From assembly GCA_965262915.1 (NCBI GenBank), contig OZ253564.1, positions 1,024,001-1,088,000 on the forward strand: a stretch of DNA of 64,000 nucleotides. The letters run 5' to 3'. Under the pieces are notes generated by a model. That model was not told the DNA's origin. It was given only the letters and a program-made list of their open reading frames with translations, and ran no database searches. Below are positions 19,750-29,735 of the stretch, in pieces (position 1 is the first letter of the stretch; every line of letters starts with the position of its first letter). The position numbers and the translations under genes were made by a program. This DNA comes from Candidatus Spongiisociaceae bacterium. GTDB taxonomy: Bacteria > Actinomycetota > Acidimicrobiia > Spongiisociales > Spongiisociaceae.

Positions 19750-21060
19750 TCAGGCGAGGGCGTCCTTGAGGGAGTCGGCGAATGCTTCGAGCGTCACCGC
19801 CACGTCTTCGGCGGAGTGTGCGGCGCTGAGGAACCAAGGTTCGAGGCCGTCGTCGGCTGGGATCACGCCCCGTCCGATCATCCCGATGATCACCGTTTCG
19901 TATAGAGCGGCGTCGTGACGGGCCGTGTCGCGGAAGTCCTTCGGTGCGGGGTCACCGAAGAACACCCCGAACATCGAAGGATGCCCGGTGACCCGGCAGG
20001 GGATGCCCTCCTCGGCGCAGACGGCAGCGATCCCCGTCATCAGGGTCTGGCCTGCTCCGGCGATGGTCGCGTACGGCTCGCCGGTCGCCAGGGCATCGAT
20101 AGTTGCGATGGTGGCCGCCGCCGCAACTCCGTTTCCGGAGTACGTGCCGGCCTGGACCACGCCTCCCGCCGCCCAGGCGCCCATGACATCGGCGCGGCCT
20201 CCGATGGCGGCCACGGGGAACCCGTTGCCCATGGACTTGGCGAAGGTTCCCAGATCCGGCGTAACCGCGAACACTTGCTCAGCACCGCCAAGCGCTATCC
20301 GGAATCCCGTCTTCACCTCATCGAAGATGAGCAGGACGCCGTAGCGGTCGCACAGGGCGCGAAGCCCCTCGAGGTAACCGGGCTCCGGCATGATGCCGAA
20401 GCAGTTGCCCATCATCGGCTCGGCGAGCACGGCCGCGATCGACCCCCCTTCGCTGGTGAAGAGGGTCTCCATTGCGTCGAGGTCGTTGAACGGTACCGTG
20501 CGTACGAATTCGCGTATCGCAGCCGGAATACCCGACGACTCCTGCAGGGGCACCGGTGAGCGGCGCGAGCCCAGGTGTGAGACCGGTGCGCTCGAGGTGG
20601 AGTAGAGCACGTAGTCGTGTGCCCCGTGGTAGGCGCCCTCGAACTTCACGAACACATCGCGGCCCGTCCAGGCTCTGGCCAGCCTGAGGGCGTGCATCGT
20701 TGCCTCGGTTCCGGTGTTCGTGAAGCGCAACAAGTCCACATAGCCGACGGAGTCGCGCACCTTTTCCGCGGCCGTGATCTCGCGGGCGGTGGTCATGGCG
20801 AAAGTTGTACCGGCCAGAGCCGCGGCAGCGACCGCAGCGGCGACATCCGGCTGGCCGTGGCCGAGGATGACGGGGCCGAAGCCGAGGTGGTAGTCGATGT
20901 AGCTCTTGCCGTCCATGTCGAAGATGTGAGAACCCTCGCCGCGATCGATCACGATCGTGTCGTCGTCGCCCCAGTAGCGGTAGCCGCTGGAGACCCCGTT
21001 CACGAGGGCGGCCTTGCCCCGATCGAACCAGTCTGCTGTCCTGTCTCCCTGCAGTCCCAC
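19750..21060 (-). CDS. Class III PLP aminotransferase (glutamate-1-semialdehyde aminomutase-like)
   Basis: GPVILGH, FTNTGTEATMHALRLAR, FDEVKTGFR, TFAKS and GTYSGN. GTG start at 21060. Confidence 0.85.
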   Translation of the reverse strand: MGLQGDRTADWFDRGKAALVNGVSSGYRYWGDDDTIVIDRGEGSHIFDMDGKSYIDYHLGFGPVILGHGQPDVAAAVAAAALAGTTFAMTTAREITAAEKVRDSVGYVDLLRFTNTGTEATMHALRLARAWTGRDVFVKFEGAYHGAHDYVLYSTSSAPVSHLGSRRSPVPLQESSGIPAAIREFVRTVPFNDLDAMETLFTSEGGSIAAVLAEPMMGNCFGIMPEPGYLEGLRALCDRYGVLLIFDEVKTGFRIALGGAEQVFAVTPDLGTFAKSMGNGFPVAAIGGRADVMGAWAAGGVVQAGTYSGNGVAAAATIATIDALATGEPYATIAGAGQTLMTGIAAVCAEEGIPCRVTGHPSMFGVFFGDPAPKDFRDTARHDAALYETVIIGMIGRGVIPADDGLEPWFLSAAHSAEDVAVTLEAFADSLKDALA

Positions 21061-21065
21061 GACGG

Positions 21066-21434
21066 CTAATCCCTCGAATGCTTCAAGAGCATGTGCTTGG
21101 GCACCGTGTGGTCCAGCACGGACTCCTCGCTCGTTTCCCTGCCGGAGCCGGATAGCTCGAACCCGCTGTGGGGGAACTCCGACGTGAGGTCGCCGTGCCT
21201 GTCCATGCACACGGTCCCGGACACCTCGTCCTGGACGGTTCCGAGCCGTAGTGGGCTCCTGGTCACCGTGGGGGAGTAGAAGTGGTCATCGGGGCGATTC
21301 TCGGGGATGGAGCCTCCGAGCACGATGTCAGCGCCCGCTGCAGCATCGAGGTGGAACCTTCGATGGACCGCCCTGCAGCGAAGCACTCTTGGATTGTGGT
21401 CGATCCGGAGATTCCAGTTCATCGCCACCTCCAC
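21066..21434 (-). pseudogene. Internally deleted aldehyde dehydrogenase remnant
   Basis: Collapsed ALDH motifs FYSPTV, VQDEV.G and PHSGFELSGSGRE in only about 120 codons. Confidence 0.65.
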
Positions 21435-21599
21435 CGCCGGAGGATAGGTATCCTAACATACAACTACCATGTAAGGGACCCACCGGTGCCGGCCGGTCGG
21501 GATGGGCAGAGAGCCGATGTGATAGCGGAACATGGCCGTGATGTGCTTGAACTCCAACCGATCGGACACGTCACCAAGCAGCAGAAGGAGCCTGACCAT

Positions 21600-21779
21600 T
21601 ACCGTGACCAGAACCCAGCCCATCTAGCGGGGCTCAAACAAGACGCCCTCCGATGGAGTTGGTGCGGTTCACTCCCCAGGCACCCACCCCACACGTCCAT
21701 ACACACCAAACCAGAACCCCAGCCCCTCCAATCCGCCCGAATGCTCCCCACGCACGAACTCATGAAGAACCAGGGCTGA
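21600..21779. mobile_element. IS1380-like terminal remnant
   Basis: ATGAAGAACCAGGGCT (21762-21777) resembles the IS1380 end at 1420-1435. It is preceded by a C/A-skewed tract like that IS end. Confidence 0.45.
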
Positions 21780-21840
21780 CGCCACCGGATCAATGTGGTT
21801 GGTCCTGCCCGCAGCCGGAGTTCTTCGAGGTCCGATCGCG

Positions 21841-21874
21841 CCGGCCCCCGCGTCGTTGAGAACGCGGGGACCGG
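21841..21874 (-). terminator. Putative hairpin downstream of the sugar ABC operon
   Basis: CCGG-CCCCGCGT...ACGCGGGG-ACCGG inverted repeat. Confidence 0.35.
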
Positions 21875-21922
21875 TTTCGTGGCTGGACTCGCCTAGCAGA
21901 CGTTGTTCATATCCGATGCCGG

Positions 21923-23377
21923 CTAGAAGCCCGGAACGCCTAGGTCCGAACAGGACTGCGCGAAGGCGATGTCCATGGCTTCGGCGATCTCCTGGGCCGT
22001 CTTCTGGCCCACGAAGAGCTCGGACAGGAAGGTGAACAGGTCACCGAACGAGCAGACCAGCCGCGGATCGAGCGCTGCGGCTGCCGGGTACTCGCCGGCC
22101 GCTGCCTGGCCTGTCTTGACGGGTGTCGGCAACGCATCCGGATCCGGTACCGGGTGGTTCGGGTACCTGGAAGGCTCCAGGGCCTTCTCCAGATACAGCG
22201 GGTAGCCCTCTCCCGTGGCGTATTCCACGTAGGCACGGGCCGCGGCCTCACGCTGGGAGTCGCCTGTCTTGGGCAGGAGGATTCCCCAGTGGTCGGCTCC
22301 GTAGACCCAGACGGCCGTCTCGGCGTAGGAGATCGGCATGAAGCCGACCTTCTCCTCCACCGCTTCGGGTCCGAAAGCGCCCAGGATGTCCGGTATGCAG
22401 AAGGATGCGCAGGCCCAGATGGCGCCTTCGTCATCCATGAAACTATTCATGGATGACGAGAAGTCGACCGCCTCGGCGTTGTCCTGGAAGCATCCGCCGT
22501 CCTTCATGTCTCGGAGCGCCTGTAGTCGCTTGACGAACTCGGGATCCGTGAAGCTCGCCTCGCCGCTTTGGAGCCGGTCGACGAGATCAGGATTGGCGAC
22601 CAGGTAGTCGGCGATCATCGCCTGCTGGACTACCCATCCCATGAAGGTGGAGGCCTCGCCGATGATCACGGGCGTGGTTCCGGCGTCGCGGGCCGTCCCG
22701 CAGAAGGACAGCATCTCGTCCAGCGTGCCCGGAAGCTCGAGACCGAGGTCCGCGACCACCTTCTTGTTGTACAGCAACCCGTTCACCGTCGGTGCGGTCA
22801 ACGGCGCCCAGTATCGAACACCGTCGATGACACCGAACGGAGAGAGTGCGGGAGTGATATTGGCCGTGAAGGCCATATCGTCGACGGACAGGAGGTTCTC
22901 AGCCGGATTGAGCGTGGCTATGACGCTCGAAAACCCTTCGAGATACAGGATGTCCGGCCGCTCACCCGCCGCCCATCGAGGCAGTACGTTGTCAGACGCG
23001 GTCGGGGGGATCATCGTCACTTCGATCTTGGCCCCGGTCAGCGCCTGGAATCCCTCGGTTATGGCGTCGATGCCGGCCTGGTCATAGTTGGGCCGCCAGA
23101 GTTGGAGCTCGACACCTTCGAACGGCATGGCACTCTCGGCTTCGGTCATCGCCGTGGTCTCCGGCGCCGCGGTCGTGGTTGTTGCTTCCGTAGCTTCCGT
23201 GGCCGCCACTGTTGCTTCGGTCGTAGTTTCGGTCGGGGCTTCGGTCGGGGTTTCGGTCGTAGTTTCGGTCGGGGCTACGGTCGTAGCTTCCTCGGCCTCC
23301 TCGTCGCTACATGAGAACGCGACAAGTGCCAGGACCACCCCCAGAATGATCAATTGTTTGGTTGGTTTCCGTCCCAC
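21923..23377 (-). CDS. Carbohydrate ABC substrate-binding lipoprotein
   Basis: Lipobox AFSC, T/E/A-rich linker, GLLYNK and P.TLDE. Confidence 0.85.
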   Translation of the reverse strand: MGRKPTKQLIILGVVLALVAFSCSDEEAEEATTVAPTETTTETPTEAPTETTTEATVAATEATEATTTTAAPETTAMTEAESAMPFEGVELQLWRPNYDQAGIDAITEGFQALTGAKIEVTMIPPTASDNVLPRWAAGERPDILYLEGFSSVIATLNPAENLLSVDDMAFTANITPALSPFGVIDGVRYWAPLTAPTVNGLLYNKKVVADLGLELPGTLDEMLSFCGTARDAGTTPVIIGEASTFMGWVVQQAMIADYLVANPDLVDRLQSGEASFTDPEFVKRLQALRDMKDGGCFQDNAEAVDFSSSMNSFMDDEGAIWACASFCIPDILGAFGPEAVEEKVGFMPISYAETAVWVYGADHWGILLPKTGDSQREAAARAYVEYATGEGYPLYLEKALEPSRYPNHPVPDPDALPTPVKTGQAAAGEYPAAAALDPRLVCSFGDLFTFLSELFVGQKTAQEIAEAMDIAFAQSCSDLGVPGF

Positions 23378-23403
23378 TGGTTTCTCCTCTCGATTAGTGG
23401 GCT

Positions 23404-23441
23404 AGCGGTCGGTCTGCAAGCTATTTCGCAGACAGACCACG
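23404..23441. repeat. Family B repeat, collapsed copy (termini only)
   Basis: AGCGGTCGGTCTGCAAG-CTA-TTTCGCAGACAGACCAC matches both family B termini. Confidence 0.65.
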
Positions 23442-23480
23442 GTGCATGAGATCCATCGAGAACGGTGGTTGGTGTCATCC

Positions 23481-24329
23481 TCACTTTTCGGCGCCGCCCA
23501 GTCCATGGACCATGTATTTCTGGACGAAATAGAAGATGGCCACCATCGGCGCGCTCGTAACCACGACGTCCGCGAAAACGAGGTTCCACTTGTACGACGA
23601 AGCAGCGGTGGACCCGGTAGCGAACCTGAACAAAGTGAGGATCAGGGTGTTGTTGTCCGGATCGTTGAGCAGCATGAAGGGGTTCAGGAAGTCGTTCCAC
23701 ACCGCGACCGTCACGATCACGGTCGTGGTTATCAAGGCCGGACGTAGTAGGGGGATGATTATCCGCACGAGGATGTCGACGTTGGACGCTCCGTCGATTC
23801 GTGCCGCCTCTTCGAGGTGCCGGGGGATGGTGCGGATGAATCCGATCATCAGGAAGACGCCCAGGGGGATGAACAGAGCCGCATAGAACAGGGACAGCCC
23901 GAGGAGCCCTCCGTAGATCCCGATGCGCTTGAGCGTGAAGATCGTGGCGACAATCGCCGGAGGGACGACGAGCCCGACCAGCATCGCGTATCGGAGTGGG
24001 GTCAGAAGTCGGGATGAACTCCGCACCATCACCCATGACGCGGCAGCCGAAAGTACGAGAATCAAAGGTAGCGCTATTGCCAGAACGATCGCGTTGTTCA
24101 GAAAACCTGTCAGCAGATCACCCTCTGTGAAGACCACGCGGTAGTTCTCCACGGCCATCCAGGTCTCGGGGAGACTGAGGCTGGGTGACACCGTCTCCCT
24201 GTAGGGTTTGAGCGAGTTGACGACCACCACCCACAGCGGTGCGCCGACAACCACCAGCGCTATCAGCGTGAGGGCTCCGACCCTTGAAGCACCTGCCAGT
24301 TGGCTCAACGGCTTCCGCAAGGCCGTCAC
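23481..24329 (-). CDS. Carbohydrate ABC permease (MalG-like)
   Basis: EEAARIDGA and WNDF. GTG start overlaps the upstream stop. Confidence 0.9.
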   Translation of the reverse strand: MTALRKPLSQLAGASRVGALTLIALVVVGAPLWVVVVNSLKPYRETVSPSLSLPETWMAVENYRVVFTEGDLLTGFLNNAIVLAIALPLILVLSAAASWVMVRSSSRLLTPLRYAMLVGLVVPPAIVATIFTLKRIGIYGGLLGLSLFYAALFIPLGVFLMIGFIRTIPRHLEEAARIDGASNVDILVRIIIPLLRPALITTTVIVTVAVWNDFLNPFMLLNDPDNNTLILTLFRFATGSTAASSYKWNLVFADVVVTSAPMVAIFYFVQKYMVHGLGGAEK

Positions 24330-25288
24330 AGGGTCACCTCGCTCCGCCGTAGCCGGGCGACGAGGCCGATGATCAGGAGGAAGATCGCACCGTAGAGGAC
24401 GGTGCTGAGGGCCGCCGCGGAGGCGAACCGGCCCTCCCCGAACTCCTGGATGATCAGGAAGTTGATTACTTCGGTCGTTCGCCCGGGGCCACCGTCGGTC
24501 AGCACGACGATCGTTTCGAAGACGTTCAGGGAGACGATCAACGATACGACCACGGCGAAGGTCATCGCCGGCGCCAGCAGCGGCAACTTGACGTACCTGA
24601 TCAGGGCGATGGGTCCGGCGCCGTCGATCTTTGCCGCGTCGATGGTATCCGTGGGAATCGAGATGAGGCCGGCCAGGAACACGATCAGGATCATCGGGAA
24701 CCACCGCCACGCCGTGGCAAGTCCGACGACGGCGAGAGTCAGGGTGCCGCGTCCGAGCCAAGGAATCTCTATGTCGGCACCGGTCATCGTCGACAGGACC
24801 GTGTTCAAGGTCCCCTTGAGCCCGAGCAGAGCACGGAACACGAACCCGGCAGCCAGAGGTGACAGGACCAGCGGAACCAGGAACACGGTTCGCAGGATCC
24901 GGTTACTACGGGTGTTGCGCTCGAGGCCCAGAGCGAGCAGGAGCGAACCGAGGACCATCGCCCCCGCACAGATGACTGTGAATTGAAGGGTGCGGAAGAT
25001 GGTCGGCCAGAGAAGGCCGTTCTGGTCGAGTCGCCGGTAGTTCTCCAACCCGGTCCATTCCAGGTCCGACCGGAAGGCTGTCCACGAGAAGAGGGACAGC
25101 ACAGCGTTGAGGAAGAAGGGTAGGAGGTAGAGCCCGAGGACCAGCAACGAAGCAGGACCGACGAGCAACAGCAGGTCCCGCGTGGTGAAGTCGCGAAGAG
25201 CCCGTTTCCCACCCCGCCCGGCTTTTCCCCGCCCGGTATCGGATGCCGAGCCTTGGGGCGTTGAGAGGCGCGTTCTTGGAGAGGTCAC
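24326..25288 (-). CDS. Carbohydrate ABC permease (MalF-like)
   Basis: GLENY, DAAKIDGA and TDGGPG. Confidence 0.9.
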   Translation of the reverse strand: MTSPRTRLSTPQGSASDTGRGKAGRGGKRALRDFTTRDLLLLVGPASLLVLGLYLLPFFLNAVLSLFSWTAFRSDLEWTGLENYRRLDQNGLLWPTIFRTLQFTVICAGAMVLGSLLLALGLERNTRSNRILRTVFLVPLVLSPLAAGFVFRALLGLKGTLNTVLSTMTGADIEIPWLGRGTLTLAVVGLATAWRWFPMILIVFLAGLISIPTDTIDAAKIDGAGPIALIRYVKLPLLAPAMTFAVVVSLIVSLNVFETIVVLTDGGPGRTTEVINFLIIQEFGEGRFASAAALSTVLYGAIFLLIIGLVARLRRSEVTL

Positions 25289-25458
25289 GTTCCCCGCTAC
25301 CGAGGTGTCCCGCCGGTGGGTTCAATTGGCAAGGCTATCGCCGACTCTGTGCGGCGACCGGATACATCCGTCGTCTGGCCGTGACGTTAACAGCCGGTCG
25401 GTGAGCGGGTAGGGACAAACGAGCTGTGATTCCGAGGGCTGTCGATGCCGCTGAGCGC

Positions 25459-25560
25459 AGGAGGGTGCTCAAACACGGGTGAATGGTTGACCTATCGTCG
25501 GCTGACGTGGCATGTTGTCATCGACCCGTGGGCCAACCGGGGATCTTGCACCACCTTCCT
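25459..25560. repeat. Palindromic MITE-like repeat, family A copy 2
   Basis: AGGAGGGTGCTCAAAC...TTGCACCACCTTCCT, closely matching 39840-39940. Confidence 0.8.
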
Positions 25561-25653
25561 GGCGCCCCGGCTACGCTTCGATTCCGACCTCCAGGGAGCG
25601 GTGCGGATGCTTCCGGTTCGGTGTCGGGGACGTTGCGGAAAGAGGGACTTGGC

Positions 25654-26451
25654 ATGAGTGAGGACTTTTCCGGGCAGGTCGTGATCGTTACGGGCGCGTG
25701 TGGCGGGATAGGCGAGGCGATTGTCAAGTCCTTTGCCTCAGCCGGAGCCGGCGTTGCACTATGTGATACGCGGGAAGCAGAACTCGATCATCTGACCGAG
25801 CAACTGCAGAGCGATGGAGCAGCAGTCAAGAGCCAACCCTTGGACGTAACCGACAGCGATGCGGTTGAGAGATTCTGCTCATCGGTAGCACGGGACCTGG
25901 GATCGATCGACCATCTGATCAACACCGTCGGTGTAGTGGACCATGTGGGAGATGTGATCCAGCTTTCGCTCGAATCGTGGAACAAGTGTCTCTCGACGAA
26001 TCTCACTTCTGCCTTCATAATGGCAAAGCACTCGGTGCCCCATATGATGTCGGCGGGCGGGGGATCGATTGTCAACATCGCATCGGTATCGGCCTTCGGG
26101 AACCAACTCGGAGCTATGGCATATTCCGTATCGAAGGCGGGCATGGTCTCTCTTACCAAGAGCGAAGCCATCGATCTGGCCAGGCATGACATCCGGGCGA
26201 ACGCCATATGCCCCGGGTCCGTGTACACGCCGCTGGTGGACATGGCGGTCGTCCTGACCGCGGCCGAGACGGGACGCACGCCCGATGAGACACGGTCCGA
26301 CTGGGAGGAACAATACCCCAGCGGTCGTTTCTCGTATCCTCGGGAGGTGGCCGAGCTGGCCCTGTTCCTCTGCTCGGACCGGGCGGCGAACATCACCGGC
26401 TCCAGCTTCGTGGTCGACGGGGGCCTGACCGCACTCCTCCCCGAGCGGTAG
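25654..26451 (+). CDS. SDR oxidoreductase
   Basis: TGACGGIG, YSVSK, NAICPG and VDGG. Confidence 0.9.
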   Translation: MSEDFSGQVVIVTGACGGIGEAIVKSFASAGAGVALCDTREAELDHLTEQLQSDGAAVKSQPLDVTDSDAVERFCSSVARDLGSIDHLINTVGVVDHVGDVIQLSLESWNKCLSTNLTSAFIMAKHSVPHMMSAGGGSIVNIASVSAFGNQLGAMAYSVSKAGMVSLTKSEAIDLARHDIRANAICPGSVYTPLVDMAVVLTAAETGRTPDETRSDWEEQYPSGRFSYPREVAELALFLCSDRAANITGSSFVVDGGLTALLPER

Positions 26452-26461
26452 GCGGGGGAGC

Positions 26462-27274
26462 GTGGTCTCGCCGGACGCCGGATCTCCTCTCAGAGGCCAG
26501 GTTGCGGTCGTCACCGGCGCAGCCGGGGTGATCGGCGCGGCCATTGCCCGGACATTGGTAGACGCAGGAATCCGGGTGGTGCTGGGGGACGTGAGGCGCG
26601 GGGATCTCGAGCGGTTGGCGGCCGGACTCGGCGACGGTTCCGTCGCGGTGGCCTGCGTTGCGGATATCAGTCGGGCCGACCACGTACGTAGGCTGGTGGG
26701 GACGGCGCCGGAGGTCTACGGCCGGCTGGACGCTCTGGTCAACGTGGCCGGCATTACCCACGTGGACGACATCCTCGACGTTTCGCTCGATACGTGGCGC
26801 CAGGTACTGGCCATCAATCTGGAGGGTCCGCTGGTGGCAGCACAACACGCCGCCAAGCTCATGTCGGACCAGGACATCGATCCTCACACGCAAAGACGGG
26901 GGATGATCGTCAACATCAGCTCCCAGGGCGCCGAGTTCCCGATCCCGACTTCGGCAGCATACGGGGTCAGCAAGGTGGCCCTGAACTATCTCTCGCGCAC
27001 CCTTGCCGTGGCACTCGACGAGCGTGCCATCGCCACCACGATTGTCTACCCGGGTATGGTCTACGAGGGTATGTGGAAGTGGGTGAACAGGCGGAGGAGC
27101 GATCTGTGGGGCCACGACTTCGACGCGGTCGTCCGACGGGACCTGGCAGAAATGCCAACCGGGAGCTTCCAGGATCCGGAGGATCTGGCCCGTATCGTGC
27201 TCTATGCCCTCGGAACGCCCGGGATGATGGCCAACGGCAGAATCATCTGGTCAGAGGCTCATCTGGAGTGGTGA
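26462..27274 (+). CDS. SDR oxidoreductase (polyol/sugar dehydrogenase-like)
   Basis: TGAAGVIG, VNVAG and YGVSK. Confidence 0.85.
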   Translation: MVSPDAGSPLRGQVAVVTGAAGVIGAAIARTLVDAGIRVVLGDVRRGDLERLAAGLGDGSVAVACVADISRADHVRRLVGTAPEVYGRLDALVNVAGITHVDDILDVSLDTWRQVLAINLEGPLVAAQHAAKLMSDQDIDPHTQRRGMIVNISSQGAEFPIPTSAAYGVSKVALNYLSRTLAVALDERAIATTIVYPGMVYEGMWKWVNRRRSDLWGHDFDAVVRRDLAEMPTGSFQDPEDLARIVLYALGTPGMMANGRIIWSEAHLEW

Positions 27275-27305
27275 GCCAGGCCACTGGAGAGATCGGAAAG
27301 AAGTC

Positions 27306-28445
27306 GTGAGAATCGAGTCCGTAGAACCGCTCCTCTTCTATCAGTGGTTGGTAGTTCGTATCGAGACCGACAGTGGAATCGTCGGCTACGGGCCGGCTGC
27401 TCACTGGGGTTTTCCGGAGTCGGTGGAGCGGATCGTCCGCTCTTTCCGGGACAAGCTCGTCGGGAGCGATCCACTGCGAATAGAGCAGCATTGGGATAGG
27501 CATTTCCACTGGAAGCCGTTCCGGGACGGTGTGCTGACCGCGGCGATCGCAGCCGTCGACATTGCACTGTGGGACATCGCCGGTCGCCACTTCGGGGTAC
27601 CGGCCTACCAGCTGCTGGGCGGGAAGCAGCGTGACAAGGCCCGGCTCCACCTGCTGCTGTTCGACGGGCCCAACTCCACCGTCGAGGAGTTGGTGGAGGC
27701 GGCCCGCGACGCAATGTCGCAGGGCTATACGGCGGTCAAGATCGACGCCCTACCCGACGACATCGTCGAGGAACAGGAAACCTACAGCGGGATGCTCCAA
27801 GTGGTGGTGGACAGGGTTGCCGCTGTCCGCGAGACGATCGGCTGGGATCGCGACCTGATCCTCGAGATACACCGGGACCTCAACCCCGGAGAAGTAGTAA
27901 CGCTGACGAGGGAACTCGAGCCTTTCCGGCTCTATTACATCGAGGATCCGATCCCACCCCACAGCGTTGACTCTCATGGAGATGTCATCAAGAAGATGAC
28001 GGTTCCGGTAGGCGCCGGCGAGCGGTCGAACACGATCTGGGAGTTCCGGGAACTGTTGACCCGTGGGGTACAGGTTCTCCGGCCCGACATCGGGCTGGCC
28101 GGTGGCCTGACCCACTGCCGCAAGATCGCCGCGCTGGCGGAGTCCTTCCACGCCGACATCATTGCCCACAACGCCTTCTCCCCCCTCCTCACCGCGGCCA
28201 CCCTGCAGCTGTACGCGTCGATTCCCAATTGCGGCACCCTCGAGCTACTCCCGTGGGAAGAGGAGCCGCCTCGCACCGAGATGCTCAAGACGCCCCTGGT
28301 TCGTGAGGGCGGCTACATGGTGGTTCCGGAGGGCCCCGGACTCGGGGTCGACCTGGATCCCGCTATCACCGAACTGCCGTATGCCCGCTGGAAGTATCCC
28401 GCCGATGTACGGATTCGCAACGACGGCTCGGTGTTCCGCAAGTAA
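27306..28445 (+). CDS. Mandelate racemase/galactonate dehydratase-like enolase superfamily enzyme
   Basis: AVDIALWDIAG, LEIH, IEDP, GER, RPD, AHN and PEGPGLG. Confidence 0.88.
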   Translation: MRIESVEPLLFYQWLVVRIETDSGIVGYGPAAHWGFPESVERIVRSFRDKLVGSDPLRIEQHWDRHFHWKPFRDGVLTAAIAAVDIALWDIAGRHFGVPAYQLLGGKQRDKARLHLLLFDGPNSTVEELVEAARDAMSQGYTAVKIDALPDDIVEEQETYSGMLQVVVDRVAAVRETIGWDRDLILEIHRDLNPGEVVTLTRELEPFRLYYIEDPIPPHSVDSHGDVIKKMTVPVGAGERSNTIWEFRELLTRGVQVLRPDIGLAGGLTHCRKIAALAESFHADIIAHNAFSPLLTAATLQLYASIPNCGTLELLPWEEEPPRTEMLKTPLVREGGYMVVPEGPGLGVDLDPAITELPYARWKYPADVRIRNDGSVFRK

Positions 28446-28477
28446 CCCACCCGCAGGATCGGACCGGGCCTGAACGC

Positions 28478-29353
28478 TCAGATGCGGTAGTAGTGCTCGG
28501 CGTTCCGGGAGAAGAGCTTGGCCTGCTCGTCGGGGGAGAAGCCGGCGATCACCTGGCGGAAGGCCCCCAGCAAGGTGTCGAAGTCGCTGTAGAGGCGGTC
28601 GACCGGCCAGTTGGTGCCGAACATGCAGCGATCCACCCCGAATATCTCGATGGTCTCGAGGATCCATGGGCGGATGCTGTCGACCGTCCAGTTCCGGTCG
28701 CGCATGCCGAGCCCGGAGATCTTCACGACCATGTTGGGAGCCCGGGCGAAGGTCTTCATCCCGGACTGCCAGTGCCGGAAGCACTCGACGGTTCTTTCGT
28801 AGGGAAGCCCGGTATGGGTGAGGATGATCCAGATGTCCGGGAACGAACGGGCCAACCGCAACCCGGCATCAGCCCGCTCCGATTCACCGGTGAGGTCGAA
28901 CGAGAGCCCGCGCTTGGCCAGTTCGGCGACCCCACGCCGGAAGTCCGGTTCGTCGAGCAGATGGTCGTGGGCCATCATCCTGATGCCCCGCATGTTGGGG
29001 CTCTCGCAATGGCGGTCGAGTTCCTCCCCGGCGTCCGGGCTCCGGAAATCCGTATGGGCCACGATCCCGTGCGGGTAGCCATGGGAATCGGCGATCGCCT
29101 GCAGCCACCTGGTCTCCACCGTTGGGTCGGGTCCGCTGAAGTCGGCCTGCACGTGAACGGACTTTACGACGTTCTGGGGTCCGTAGTCGGCGAGCAGATC
29201 CTCGATGAGGTAGTTGCTCCTGATCGATGCGTAGTCGCCCAGGTAATCCATTTCGCCGGGGGCACCGTCGCCGACCAGCCACTCGTACGGAAGGGAGTCG
29301 AGGTCCCACAGGTGGTGGTGCGTATCCACGAATGCCGGGATCGGTTGTTCCAT
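28478..29353 (-). CDS. Amidohydrolase_2 family, L-fuconolactonase-like
   Basis: DTHHHLWD, VHVQA, THTG, KISG and MFGTNWPVD. Confidence 0.85.
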   Translation of the reverse strand: MEQPIPAFVDTHHHLWDLDSLPYEWLVGDGAPGEMDYLGDYASIRSNYLIEDLLADYGPQNVVKSVHVQADFSGPDPTVETRWLQAIADSHGYPHGIVAHTDFRSPDAGEELDRHCESPNMRGIRMMAHDHLLDEPDFRRGVAELAKRGLSFDLTGESERADAGLRLARSFPDIWIILTHTGLPYERTVECFRHWQSGMKTFARAPNMVVKISGLGMRDRNWTVDSIRPWILETIEIFGVDRCMFGTNWPVDRLYSDFDTLLGAFRQVIAGFSPDEQAKLFSRNAEHYYRI

Positions 29354-29735
29354 GCCAGACACCTCTACCGGGGAGCGACAGTGACTCGGGTGGCGTTGAT
29401 CCGGTCACGCCGACCGGCCCGGGTCACGCAGAAAACAATAACATCCCCTATGTTCCCAGGTCAGGAGCTCATTCGGAAAGAGACTCCCGGTGGCGTTCAC
29501 CTGCGAGAACAACCTGTATGGGGAATACGGCAGGATCGATCGCACCACCTCCGTGGCCCACGTGGAGGTCAGGGCCTACTCGTACTGCATGCCCCAGCCA
29601 TCGTCGACGGCCAGGATGTCGACGCGGTAGAGGAAGCCGTCCGGACCGCTCGGGAGCCCCAGGCCCGGTCGCGGAGCCAGCCTGCTGCAGTGCAGGACCT
29701 ACCGCTACGCAGGTGGATAGTGGGGCCGGATCCCG

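Noticed and set aside
19750-21060. Assigning the symbol hemL
   Set aside because: No hem genes are nearby and the ALDH context suggests a catabolic paralog.
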